Source: Octopus vulgaris (lineage: Eukaryota). Taken from it: a stretch of 64,000 bases of DNA. A program made the translations under genes and the position numbers. The stretch spans positions 51,398,001 to 51,462,000 of the forward strand of contig OX597824.1 in assembly GCA_951406725.2 (NCBI GenBank). Direction: 5' to 3'. Below, piece after piece: positions 41,181-51,357 of this stretch. A model generated the notes under the pieces. That model searched no databases and was not told the origin of the DNA. It saw only the letters and a program-made list of their open reading frames with translations. The first letter of the stretch is position 1. Every line of letters begins with the position of its first letter.

Positions 41181-41265
41181 TATATTTTTTAATATATTTA
41201 TTGTGTGTATGTATATATATACATATATGGATGTATGTATATGCATACATATACATGTGTGTATG

Positions 41266-41296
<31 letters not shown>

Positions 41297-41364
41297 GATT
41301 GATTGATTGATTGATTCCAGTTCCAGCCTATGAGCTGTGGCCATGCTGGGGCACCGCCATTTCA

Positions 41365-41449
<85 letters not shown>

Positions 41450-41936
41450 CATACATACGTACATACATATATACATGTATTTATCCAATTTTCAGTCTCC
41501 CTGAGCCTTCTTGTAATGTTTATACACGTATCTGTTTGTATATATGCGTCTGCCTCTGTCTAACTGTCCGTCGCTTCCTTTATCAAACTAACAAAATAAC
41601 TCGCTATTTAGTATGTTTACATACTAATGACATAGAATACGTACGTATGTCCAAAAGAGCATATCAGTTTGACAGATTCCTTCCTTCACTGAAATCAGAT
41701 GATATTGAAGTACAATGCTTCCAACCGGGATCCAAAAGTGGAACTTCGAGAATAAATATAAACGGTTCCTTCCTGAATTCCCTTTTACAATATATCCCTG
41801 CTTCCAAGAATAGTTTAGAGTTCTCCCCTAAGAAAGAATCTCACATGTAACATTTGAGAATCTCTGTATTTTCAGTATTATGTCAACTGTAAATCGTATG
41901 TGCGCGTTTGTTCATATGTGTACGTGTGTAGATCTA

Positions 41937-42155
<219 letters not shown>

Positions 42156-42282
42156 TTATATATATGCATTTCTTTATGTACACATACATACTAGCACCCA
42201 CATACACACACACATACACATATCTACACATATTTAGCTAGCTAGCTGGGGTTTATATGCCCTTATATTAAGTTAAATTTAA

Positions 42283-42495
42283 GGTAGTGAACTGGCAGAA
42301 TCATTAACATAAAAGCCAAAATGCTTTACCGGTATTTTGTCCGATTTTACTTTCTGAATTCAAATTCCACTGTGGTCGACTTTGCTTGTAATCCTTTCGA
42401 GGGCGATAAATACCAGCTGAACACTGAGATAGTTGCAATCAATTTATCCCTGCCCCAAAAATGCAAGCCTTGTACTAAAAATTTGAAACCAATGT
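42283..42495 (+). mobile_element. SINE family B
   Basis: ggtagtgaactggcagaatc..ttctgaattcaaattccactgtggtcgactttgc..gataaataccag..aatttgaaacc. Confidence 0.78.
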
Positions 42496-42709
42496 CTATA
42501 AAATAGAGAGATTCAACAGTTCATTTTTGTCCACGGTAGAGTGCCTGTCATGTGTACAGAGTATGTGAATTCTAGTTCCACGAGCAGCCTTCGATATTTT
42601 CTGTCAAAATGCTTTCTTACCCTATACTTACACGCCATCATTTATAGCTGCATCTGTTTCGGTATCTGCCGTTACAAATTATATGATATATATATATATA
42701 TATATATTC

Positions 42710-43350
42710 TGTGAAAGTTTGTTGGTCTTGTCGGGAAAAATGAACTTCTTTTTAGAACTTCTAAAATTTTTAATATCAGATGTCATTTTAGTTTTGAATA
42801 GTAATAGAGTTTCGAACTTCTCTTCCTCTAAAGGAATTTTCGAGAAGGCAGCCCCCTACTACAACAATGCCCTAGCAAATAGTGGCTTCGAGAATATATT
42901 AATGTACAACCTTTCTAATGCTAACAGGAATAATTATAATAGACTTAAAAATAAACCTAGGAAAATAATTTGGTTACCTCCTCCTTTCCCTTAATGTAAA
43001 AACTAACACAAGTAAAAGATTCCTGTCACTCCAAGACAAACATTTTCCAGAAAATCACAGGTACAAGAAAATATTTAACAGGTGCTCCATAAAACTATCG
43101 TAAAGCTGCTGTCCCAATATGAAAAACATTATTAAACAAGAACAACACCAAGTTGTAACTGTCGCGACCCAGGAACCTGGCCACCCGACTAGGGATGCAT
43201 GATTAAATCCGCCAAATATGAGACAAAAGTTACAGCAACGTTAATTAATAACACAACCGATAAGAAGAACTATATCGGACTATGTGAAGGAGAATTCAAA
43301 ATTGCTAAGCTAATCACATATCTTCAATCGACACAGCAACAAAATTAGCG
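42710..43350 (+). mobile_element. Decayed Penelope-like element of a second lineage (thumb/GIY-YIG region) with an inverted 5' fragment
   Basis: [69 protein letters not shown]. 42710-42800 reads on the minus strand as KMTSDIKNFRSSKKKFIFPDKTNKL (cf. the PLE ADKT motif). Confidence 0.7.
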
Positions 43351-43701
43351 GAAAGAATTCAGATCATTTTCTGATCTAAGAACTCTATCACACTGCTGAA
43401 TTCTAGATCCGAAATTTTTGATGGTTGCAAGCATATGACTAAGTTCTTATTGACGAATTTGAAAGTGCCACTCTCGCCGGATTGAACAGCTGTACCATAG
43501 ATTCTAAGCCACTATCGTTTCAGCCTTATATTTTGCTGTCAAAGGGAAATAACACTAAATCTCCTTATTTCCTTCATTCTGCTTTCTTTTTCGTTTTCCA
43601 ACTTTTTAACATTACACCTTTTATATCTACTTCTTTCTAGTCTTTTCTCGCTTTTTCTCTTTTCCTGTCGTCCAATTTTTTGTATATATGCCATGTGGGC
43701 A

Positions 43702-43785
43702 GTGCCTGATGCTTGTACTGGGACACCAGGCGTGTTAAACAGTATTGTCTGGTATGCTCTTATCACATGAAACTAATAGTAGCGC
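43702..43785 (+). ncRNA. Degenerate type I hammerhead ribozyme motif
   Basis: gtgc-CUGAUGC-(helix II)-GAAA-cuaauag-UA-gcgc; helices I and III pair, A9 is substituted; lies ~25 nt before a (TA)n tract. Confidence 0.45.
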
Positions 43786-43808
43786 ATAAAAGCATATACT
43801 GTGTTTAT

Positions 43809-43872
<64 letters not shown>

Positions 43873-43879
43873 GATACAG

Positions 43880-43926
<47 letters not shown>

Positions 43927-44459
43927 GATACAGATACATACATATATATAGACATGCAATACAGTGTAAATAATAGACAATTATCCCTGAATATTTTTAT
44001 AAAAATTAGTCAATTTTAAATGTGAAGTAATTAAACGATAATTCAGGTTCTATGTTTCATAATATTTGAAAACACAGGGTAACTTTCCGAGGATATAATT
44101 TTTTATGGGAAATCATAATCACTAGGTTGTTTAGGTATATACTCTCTTAATATTGCAGTGTATGAGAAATTCATCAGAATGTATGTGGAGAAGGAGAGAG
44201 AGAAAATTTAGATGGAGTGCGAAGAGAAAGTTTGAAGAAAGTGTAAGATTAACTAAGAAAAACTGAAAGAGAAATGAAAGCAGAAAGTTTGACATTATAA
44301 ATTTACAATGTTCTTATACTTTGCATTAACACTCTTACTCTGCTACTATTCCATTACGAATACCATCGCTTCTCTTGAGCATTTCCTGTTTTGCTTCAAA
44401 ATTGCTTAGCTCAGGGATGATTTTTTTTCTCTACGCATTATTTTACGTTGATTTAGGAT

Positions 44460-44868
44460 TTGTCTTTCTTTTATTTGTTTCAGTCATTAGACTGCAGCCA
44501 TGCGGGAGCAACTCTTTGAAGAATTTTTGGCTGAAAGAATAGATTCCAGCACTTACTTTTTTTTAAAGTCTGGTACTTATTCTATTGGTTTCTTTTGCCG
44601 AACCACTAGGTTACGGGGACCCAAACACACCAACACCAGTTGTCAAGCGGTGGTAGGAAAAAAGACAGAAAGACACACACTCACAAACACACAGATATGT
44701 ATATATATATCTATACATAAGGGACTTTACAGATTCCGTTTACCAAATCTGCGCACAAGGTTTTGGTCGGCCCCAGGCTATAGTAGAAGACACTTAACCA
44801 CGCAGTGGAACAGAGCCTGAAACCATGTTATTGGGAAGTAAGCTTCTTACCACACAGCCACGCCTGCA
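44460..44868 (-). mobile_element. SINE family A, near full length
   Basis: Tail cttttatttgtttcagtcattagactgc; head cttcttaccacacagccacgcctg (reverse complement of the tRNA-like head). Confidence 0.85.
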
Positions 44869-44949
44869 AATTTTGGAAAAGGTTCGTTCAGAAACAGTGA
44901 TGTTGTTCCAGAGCTTTCATCTGTTAATAGTTTGCAATATACATATATA

Positions 44950-45812
44950 TTTAATGTAGGATAAAATCTTTTCGAAAAAAAATATTTATCAATGGCTAGC
45001 ATATTAAAAAATACCTTTAAAGGTTAAATTTATAAATAACTTATAAAATAAGGGCAAAAGAAAAATTATAAGGCCAAATATGCCGAAAATAGACAAATTG
45101 TCAATACCCATTATAATTTATGCGTCTCGAAACACGCCGATAGAAATTTCTAAAAAATTCGGTTATTACCGTATTGGTCCCAATTTCAGAGTTAATTCAT
45201 AAGAATTTTCTCCTCCTCACCGATAAATACGTAAGACATAAATGAAATACGTTCTCATACTCATGGAAAAAGCAAGCACTAAGTCCTGAGCAGACCTAAG
45301 TACCCCAAATATATCCAAAATAGAAAATCTTCAGCACCTCTCGAGACACGTGTGATTCGAACTAGAAACTTTCACAGAGTGAGAGTGTCTGGAAGTGAAC
45401 ACTATTAAATTTACATCTAATGTAGGATAAAAATTTTTTTTTTTCGAAAAAAAAAAATTATCAATGGCTAGCATATTAAAAAATACCTTTAAATGTTAAA
45501 TTTATAAATAACTTATAAAATAAAGGCAAAAGAAAAATTCTAAGGCCAAATATGCCGAAATTAGACAAATTGTCATTACCCATTATAATTTATGTGTCTC
45601 GAAAAATTCCGTTATTACCGTATTGGTCCCAATTTCAAAGTTAATTCATAAGAATTTTCTTCTCATCAGCGATAAATACGTAAGATGTAAATGAAATACT
45701 TACTCATACTCATGTAAAAAGCAGGCACTAAGTCCTGAGTATTTCATTTATGTCTTACGTATTTATCGCTGATGAGAAGAAAATTCTTATGAATTAACTT
45801 TGAAATTGGGGC
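44950..45812 (-). mobile_element. Tandem ~466-bp units (1.7 copies) plus a short inverted segment, each with a hammerhead motif
   Basis: taatgtaggataaaat recurs at 44952 and 45418; 45738-45810 is the reverse complement of ~45628-45702; CUGAUGA..GAAA on the minus strand at 45621-45675. Confidence 0.8.
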
Positions 45813-45828
45813 CGTGTGTGTGACCGCG

Positions 45829-45938
<110 letters not shown>

Positions 45939-45939
45939 A

Positions 45940-46140
45940 CCGCGTATGTATGTTGGCAACTTTTTCCTCCGTCTTCCCTTCTTTGGATCTTTCCTTTTCC
46001 CATGTTTCTGACGAAGAGCTCCGCTAGAAACGTTAAATCCTCCTTCTTTCTTTCGTTCCTGTGCGTCCAGTGACACTATACTTGTTCCACGTCCTCGCGT
46101 TGTTGTGTTTTCTCTTTGTGTTTTCATGTTTGGATTAACT
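45940..46140 (+). mobile_element. Short (TA)n-anchored repeat with a minimal hammerhead motif
   Basis: gtttCTGACGAagagctccgctaGAAACGTTaaatc at 46004-46040, with palindromic ACGU in place of helix III; ends in (TA)n. Confidence 0.55.
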
Positions 46141-46191
46141 ATATATATATATATATATTTAAAAAAAAGGAGATGTCGAACACGAGTGGTG

Positions 46192-47152
46192 ATATATAAA
46201 AAAAGGAAATGAAGAAAATGCTGACAAATAATTGAAGTAATTTAAGTAATTTAATTAGGTGAAAGTTCTTTTTACCGGTTGCGCATTTGTTATGCTTATC
46301 AAAATATAAAAGAGAGATTAGAGTCTGTCTCTTATATGTGAAAAAAAGAGGCTCCAGAGTTGTTTGGGATTTGCTTGGTTTCGCGCCTAAAATTTTGATT
46401 GGTCATTATGAAGGGGTCACGTGAATGTTTGAATGGAAGTTGGTGTTGGGGTAAGAAAAAAGGCTCCAGAGAAGTTAAAATTTGGCTAGTGTCCCGCCTA
46501 AAATTTCTTATTGGCCATAATAAAGAGGTCACGTGAATGTTTAGAATTTTCGAAAATAGTGTTGTTGAAAATTCTTATTGTTCAGGCTGGTCAGTAGACG
46601 TCATGTGGATATTTTAAATAGCTTTTTAGCGCGTAGTTAGGGAGTGTATTTTCCGCTTGACTGGATAAGTAAGTTCGTTTAGAACAGGGAGAGCTGTATG
46701 TATGTATGTGTGTGCGCGCGCGCGCGTGTGTGTGTTTATATGTATGTTGGGGCGCGCGCGCGTGTATATATGTGTGTGTGTGTGGGTAAAATTTTCAATA
46801 TTTATAGTTCTGCTGGCCTTGTGCCTGTATCGGGAAGCAACGTATTTGTGTGAAGTCAATATTTACAGCCATTTCCAAAAAATAGTGTTGGATGTTTTGC
46901 ACCCGTATTCAATTATGTGTATGTGTGGAACCATATATTTGTGTGTGTCATGGTGTTAATATCTGGGTAAAGGTGTGTGTAGGGTGTGTGCAGGTGTAAG
47001 TGTGTTTGTTGTGGGTTCGTGTTAGGGGCATGTGTTTAGAAGTGGTCTGTATTTATTAATAAGGTGGGATTCCATGGTTATTCGCTGGGTATGAGTGGCA
47101 TTGTCTTTAAATTTGTAGAGGGGAAAGATTCTAAAATTGGGATGGAGTTGTG
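46192..47152 (-). repeat. Left inverted terminal repeat (~960 bp: end of ORF + 3' UTR/pLTR)
   Basis: Matches 50001-50962 in reverse complement; junction at ..gatggagttgtg|gaaagatg. Confidence 0.95.
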
Positions 47153-47846
47153 GAAAGATGACTGCAACAAAGAGGAACTAAAATCCCTACAACGCTGGGA
47201 AAAAAGTGCCGCCTGGTTCCTAAACTATGAATCGACTTTCAAAACGGATTACTCTTCCAATAACCCGTTCATAAAAATAGGAAAACCAGGAACCCAACCA
47301 CACAACTACTCCGCCAACCCTCCAACCTTGAACAAAAGAAGGAAACAGCATATTGAAGATGTACCTTCTTACCCCACGTCCATAAGGAGGAACAAGAACC
47401 CTGGAAACCCTCACCACCAGAATTACATTAACGAATTTCCCTCTTCAAGGAGACGCTACACACAACAACTCAACAACTACTCGAATACCTTATTAACAAA
47501 TAAAAGAGGATCCCACTACCAGGATAGACACAACAACATCCACACCACGAGGGGACAACAAGGTAATTTTCACTTTCTCAACTCTCACAATACACAACAA
47601 ACCCATACCACTCGATACAAGCACCCACGCAGGCCACTCATATCACCACAATCCATCACAACACAAAGAAACACACACCAACACCCGCAATACAGGAACA
47701 CCCCATTCTATCCACAACCACGAACCCGAACCATATTTCACAACAAGGAATATAACAAACACACAGGACCTCCTAACACCAACAGACAACCCCTCTACCC
47801 CAACCATTTTTTAGACACAGCACACAGATACAGGCAAACAAAATAA
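47153..47846 (+). CDS. 5'-truncated upstream ORF (ORF1) of the PLE; basic, N/Q/H/R/P/T-rich, largely disordered
   Basis: ~230 stop-free codons (KDDCNKEELKSLQRWEKSAAWFLNYESTFK...YPNHFLDTAHRYRQTK*). The first ~30 aa in the ORF track come from the inverted repeat and are artefactual. Confidence 0.7.
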
Positions 47847-50131
47847 CACAGGACAGGGAAGAGAAACATAAACTAATTAAAGTCATCAATTTAACCAATA
47901 CAGAACCCAACCCCAACCTTCTCAACTTACTCTCCAAAGGTCTGAAATTCACACCAACCCCCCCACGTCCAAACTACTACGAAATGAAGGAAGACATTAC
48001 AGAATTTTGTAGAAAATTGCGACTTAGTGAGGAACTATTCGACCAGCACAAAGAGGATGAGTCACTAGCTAGAAATAAAAGCAACTACACCCCACGAAAA
48101 GGTAGAAATAAAATCCTAGACGAATTCTGTGAGCACATTACAAACTTCCCCTACCAACACTTACACAAACCAAAACCCAAACCAAACCTCAACAAGAAAG
48201 AGTGGGAAGAATTAAACAAATTAAAAAATGAAAGATCTATCACCATTAAAGAGGCCGATAAAGGAAGTGCAGTAGTCTTAATGGAGACAGAATACTATAT
48301 CAACTTAGCACTCTCCACCTTGGAAAATGGAACATATTACGAAAAGGCTGAACACTACAATCAACAGAAAATTATGAGAAACTTAAAAACCCTGATCAAC
48401 CCCCACAAAGAAGAACTCACTAACAAAGAATTCAACTTCATCACAAATTTCACTAGTAAAACCAGCCTCTTCTACGGTATTCCCAAAATTCATAAAAGCG
48501 AATTAATAAGTAAGGCATGCAAGGAAGCCACAAACTCTGTAATCAATGTCCCCTCACCAAATGACCTCAAATTGAGACCTATAATAGCAGGTCCCGCTTG
48601 CGAAACCCACCGCCTTAGCAACTTCATTGATACCCTTCTCAAGCCGTTCCTCAAACACATTAAAAGCTACATAAGGGACGATCTAGATATGCTCAACCAC
48701 CTCCCCAATACACTTCTTGCTGAACAAACCCTGCTAGTAACATTCGATGTAGTCAATCTTTACTCCAACATCCCCCACAACCTAGGAATAGAAGCTATCC
48801 AATTCTGGCTGGATAATTACTCCAACGAACTCCCACACCGCATCAAAAAGGAATTTATTTTAGAAGGACTCAAATTCATCTTAGAGAATAATTTCTTCAC
48901 CTTCAACAACAAATTCTACAGACAGAAATCAGGGACGGCAATGGGAACGAAAACAGCTCCCACTTACGCCAACTTAGTCATGGGATACCTGGAAATCACC
49001 CTCTATAATAACGTTCTTAACCAATTTGGCACCACTCTCCACACACACATAGAGAAGAACTGGAAGAGATATCTTGATGACTGCTTCATCCTTTGGCCCG
49101 AAACCGTCGAGAAGCTTAACGAATTTCACACTCTTATAAATGGGCTCAACACAAACATTATTTTCACAATGGAATACAGCCCTCAACAAATTCCCTTCCT
49201 CGACATCCTCATTAAAATTCACAACAAAAAAATAGAAACAGACATATACTACAAGCCCACAGACTCCAAGCAATACCTCCCTTTCAATTCATGCCACCCT
49301 AGACACGTTAAAATTAACATTCCCTACAACTTAGCCAAGAGAATTTGCACTATAGTCTCCAATAAAAACACCCGTCTCTTACGTCTACAAGAACTCAAGG
49401 GCACATTGACAAGCAGGGATTACCCCACGTCACTAATTGACAATGGGATCCAACGCGCCCTAAAACTCAGCACGCAGGAACTTAGACGCCCTAAACCTGT
49501 TACATCGAAACCCCATACTCTACCATACATCTCTACACACAACCCCCTCAACAATGAAGCTTTTGACACCATCCTCCAGAACATTCCTGTATTACAAAAG
49601 GACCATAGAATGAACCAAATCCTCCTAACACACGAAATCATAAAGAGCAAAAGGCAACCCAAATCATTGAAAACCATCCTAACAAATGCCAAAGTACTGC
49701 CAACCACAACAACTAAACCCACAGTAAACAAATGCAATAGACCCAACTGTGGTATATGCATCAACCTAATAGAAGGTCCGGAATTCCTTTTTAAACAAGG
49801 ACAACGTTTCACAGTAAAACACAACTTCACATGCGCATCAGAAAACCTAGTATATGTCTTAACTTGCTCGGGCTGTAATGAACACTACATAGGCCAAACA
49901 AAAAATAGCCTCCGCCAACGCATGACTGTCCACAGATCCCAAATAAAAATACAGGAATATAGAAAAATAGCATTTAGTGCACATATTGATACCTGTGCCG
50001 CACAACTCCATCCCAATTTTAGAATCTTTCCCCTCTACAAATTTAAAGACAATGCCACTCATACCCAGCGAATAACCATGGAATCCCACCTTATTAATAA
50101 ATACAGACCACTTCTAAACACATGCCCCTAA
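47813..50131 (+). CDS. PLE reverse transcriptase + C-terminal GIY-YIG endonuclease (first ATG at 47984; frame open from 47777)
   Basis: VINLT..LLSKGLKFTPTP upstream of the ATG; IKEADKG, FYGIPKIHK, LRPII, FDVVNLYSNIP, GTAMG..AP.YANL, RYLDD, FLD, YYKPTD; linker CNRPNCGIC; VYVLTCSGCNEHYIGQT..R..H..H. Confidence 0.96.
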   Translation, partial: RHSTQIQANKITQDREEKHKLIKVINLTNTEPNPNLLNLLSKGLKFTPTPPRPNYYEMKEDITEFCRKLRLSEELFDQHKEDESLARNKSNYTPRKGRNKILDEFCEHITNFPYQHLHKPKPKPNLNKKEWEELNKLKNERSITIKEADKGSAVVLMETEYYINLALSTLENGTYYEKAEHYNQQKIMRNLKTLINPHKEELTNKEFNFITNFTSKTSLFYGIPKIHKSELISKACKEATNSVINVPSPNDLKLRPIIAGPACETHRLSNFIDTLLKPFLKHIKSYIRDDLDMLNHLPNTLLAEQTLLVTFDVVNLYSNIPHNLGIEAIQFWLDNYSNELPHRIKKEFILEGLKFILENNFFTFNNKFYRQKSGTAMGTKTAPTYANLVMGYLEITLYNNVLNQFGTTLHTHIEKNWKRYLDDCFILWPETVEKLNEFHTLINGLNTNIIFTMEYSPQQIPFLDILIKIHNKKIETDIYYKPTDSKQYLPFNSCHPRHVKINIPYNLAKRICTIVSNKNTRLLRLQELKGTLTSRDYPTSLIDNGIQRALKLSTQELRRPKPVTSKPHTLPYISTHNPLNNEAFDTILQNIPVLQKDHRMNQILLTHEIIKSKRQPKSLKTILTNAKVLPTTTTKPTVNKCNRPNCGICINLIEGPEFLFKQGQRFTVKHNFTCASENLVYVLTCSGCNEHYIGQTKNSLRQRMTVHRSQIKIQEYRKIAFSAHIDTCAAQLHPNFRIFPLYKFKDNATHTQRITMESHLINKYRPLLNTCP

Positions 50132-50950
50132 CACGAACCCACAACAAACACACTTACACCTGCACACACCCTACACACACCTTTACCCAGATATTAACAC
50201 CATGACACACACAAATATATGGTTCCACACATACACATAATTGAATACGGGTGCAAAACATCCAACACTATTTTTTGGAAATGGCTGTAAATATTGACTT
50301 CACACAAATACGTTGCTTCCCGATACAGGCACAAGGCCAGCAGAACTATAAATATTGAAAATTTTACCCACACACACACACATATATACACGCGCGCGCG
50401 CCCCAACATACATATAAACACACACACGCGCGCGCGCGCACACACATACATACATACAGCTCTCCCTGTTCTAAACGAACTTACTTATCCAGTCAAGCGG
50501 AAAATACACTCCCTAACTACGCGCTAAAAAGCTATTTAAAATATCCACATGACGTCTACTGACCAGCCTGAACAATAAGAATTTTCAACAACACTATTTT
50601 CGAAAATTCTAAACATTCACGTGACCTCTTTATTATGGCCAATAAGAAATTTTAGGCGGGACACTAGCCAAATTTTAACTTCTCTGGAGCCTTTTTTCTT
50701 ACCCCAACACCAACTTCCATTCAAACATTCACGTGACCCCTTCATAATGACCAATCAAAATTTTAGGCGCGAAACCAAGCAAATCCCAAACAACTCTGGA
50801 GCCTCTTTTTTTCACATATAAGAGACAGACTCTAATCTCTCTTTTATATTTTGATAAGCATAACAAATGCGCAACCGGTAAAAAGAACTTTCACCTAATT
50901 AAATTACTTAAATTACTTCAATTATTTGTCAGCATTTTCTTCATTTCCTT

Positions 50951-50962
<12 letters not shown>
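50001..50962 (+). repeat. Right terminal repeat / pLTR of the PLE
   Basis: Inverted partner of 46192-47152; contains a 112-bp-period duplication and a hammerhead-like motif. Confidence 0.95.
50611..50812 (+). promoter_or_regulatory. Duplicated promoter-like module (E-box, CCAAT, E2F-like) in the pLTR
   Basis: Unit 1: CACGTGAC 50618, CCAAT 50639, GGCGGGA 50655. Unit 2: CACGTGAC 50730, CCAAT 50751, GGCGCGAAA 50766. Mirrored at ~46341-46542. Confidence 0.5.
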
Positions 50963-51010
<48 letters not shown>

Positions 51011-51029
51011 CTGTGTGTGTGTGTAATAA

Positions 51030-51355
51030 GCCACATGGCTCAGTGTAGAGCGTCGGACATACAATCGTGTGGTAGTGAGTTTGATTCCCGGACCAGGCTG
51101 TGTGTTGTGTTCTTGGGCAAGACACTTTATTCCACGTTACTTAGCTGTAGAAATGAGTTGCTATGTCACTGGTGCCATGGTGTATTGGCCTTTGCCTTTC
51201 CCTTAGGTAACATCGGTGGCGTGGACAGGAAAGACTGGTAAGCATGGGCGATTGCTGGTCTTCCATAAACAACCTTGCTCGAATTTCTGCCTCGGAGGGG
51301 AGCTTTTGGGTGCAATCTCATGGTCATTCACGACAGAAGGGGTTCTTTACTTTTT
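51030..51355 (+). mobile_element. tRNA-derived CORE-like SINE (another family)
   Basis: A box tggctcagtgtag, B box gagtttgattccc, CORE-like tgtgttcttgggcaagacacttta. Confidence 0.7.
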
Positions 51356-51357
51356 TA

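Larger units (their letters stand above)
46192..50962 (+). mobile_element. Penelope-like retroelement (EN+; Neptune/Naiad-like), 5'-truncated with an inverted pLTR, apparently recent
   Basis: Intact RT-GIY-YIG ORF; 46192-47152 is the reverse complement of 50001-50962 (identical ORF-track translations in both arms); (TA)n at both ends. Confidence 0.95.

Noticed and set aside
47064-47152. N-terminus MGFHGYSLGMSG.. of the 260-aa ORF
   Set aside because: It is the antisense strand of the endonuclease C-terminus within the inverted repeat, fused in frame by chance at the 47152 junction.
47984-50131. Selenocysteine recoding as reported for some Naiad PLEs
   Set aside because: The ORF has no in-frame TGA.
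46192-50962. DNA transposon or DIRS/LTR interpretation of the long inverted repeats
   Set aside because: The protein is a PLE-type RT with GIY-YIG; there is no transposase, tyrosine recombinase, integrase or RNase H, and the repeat includes coding sequence.
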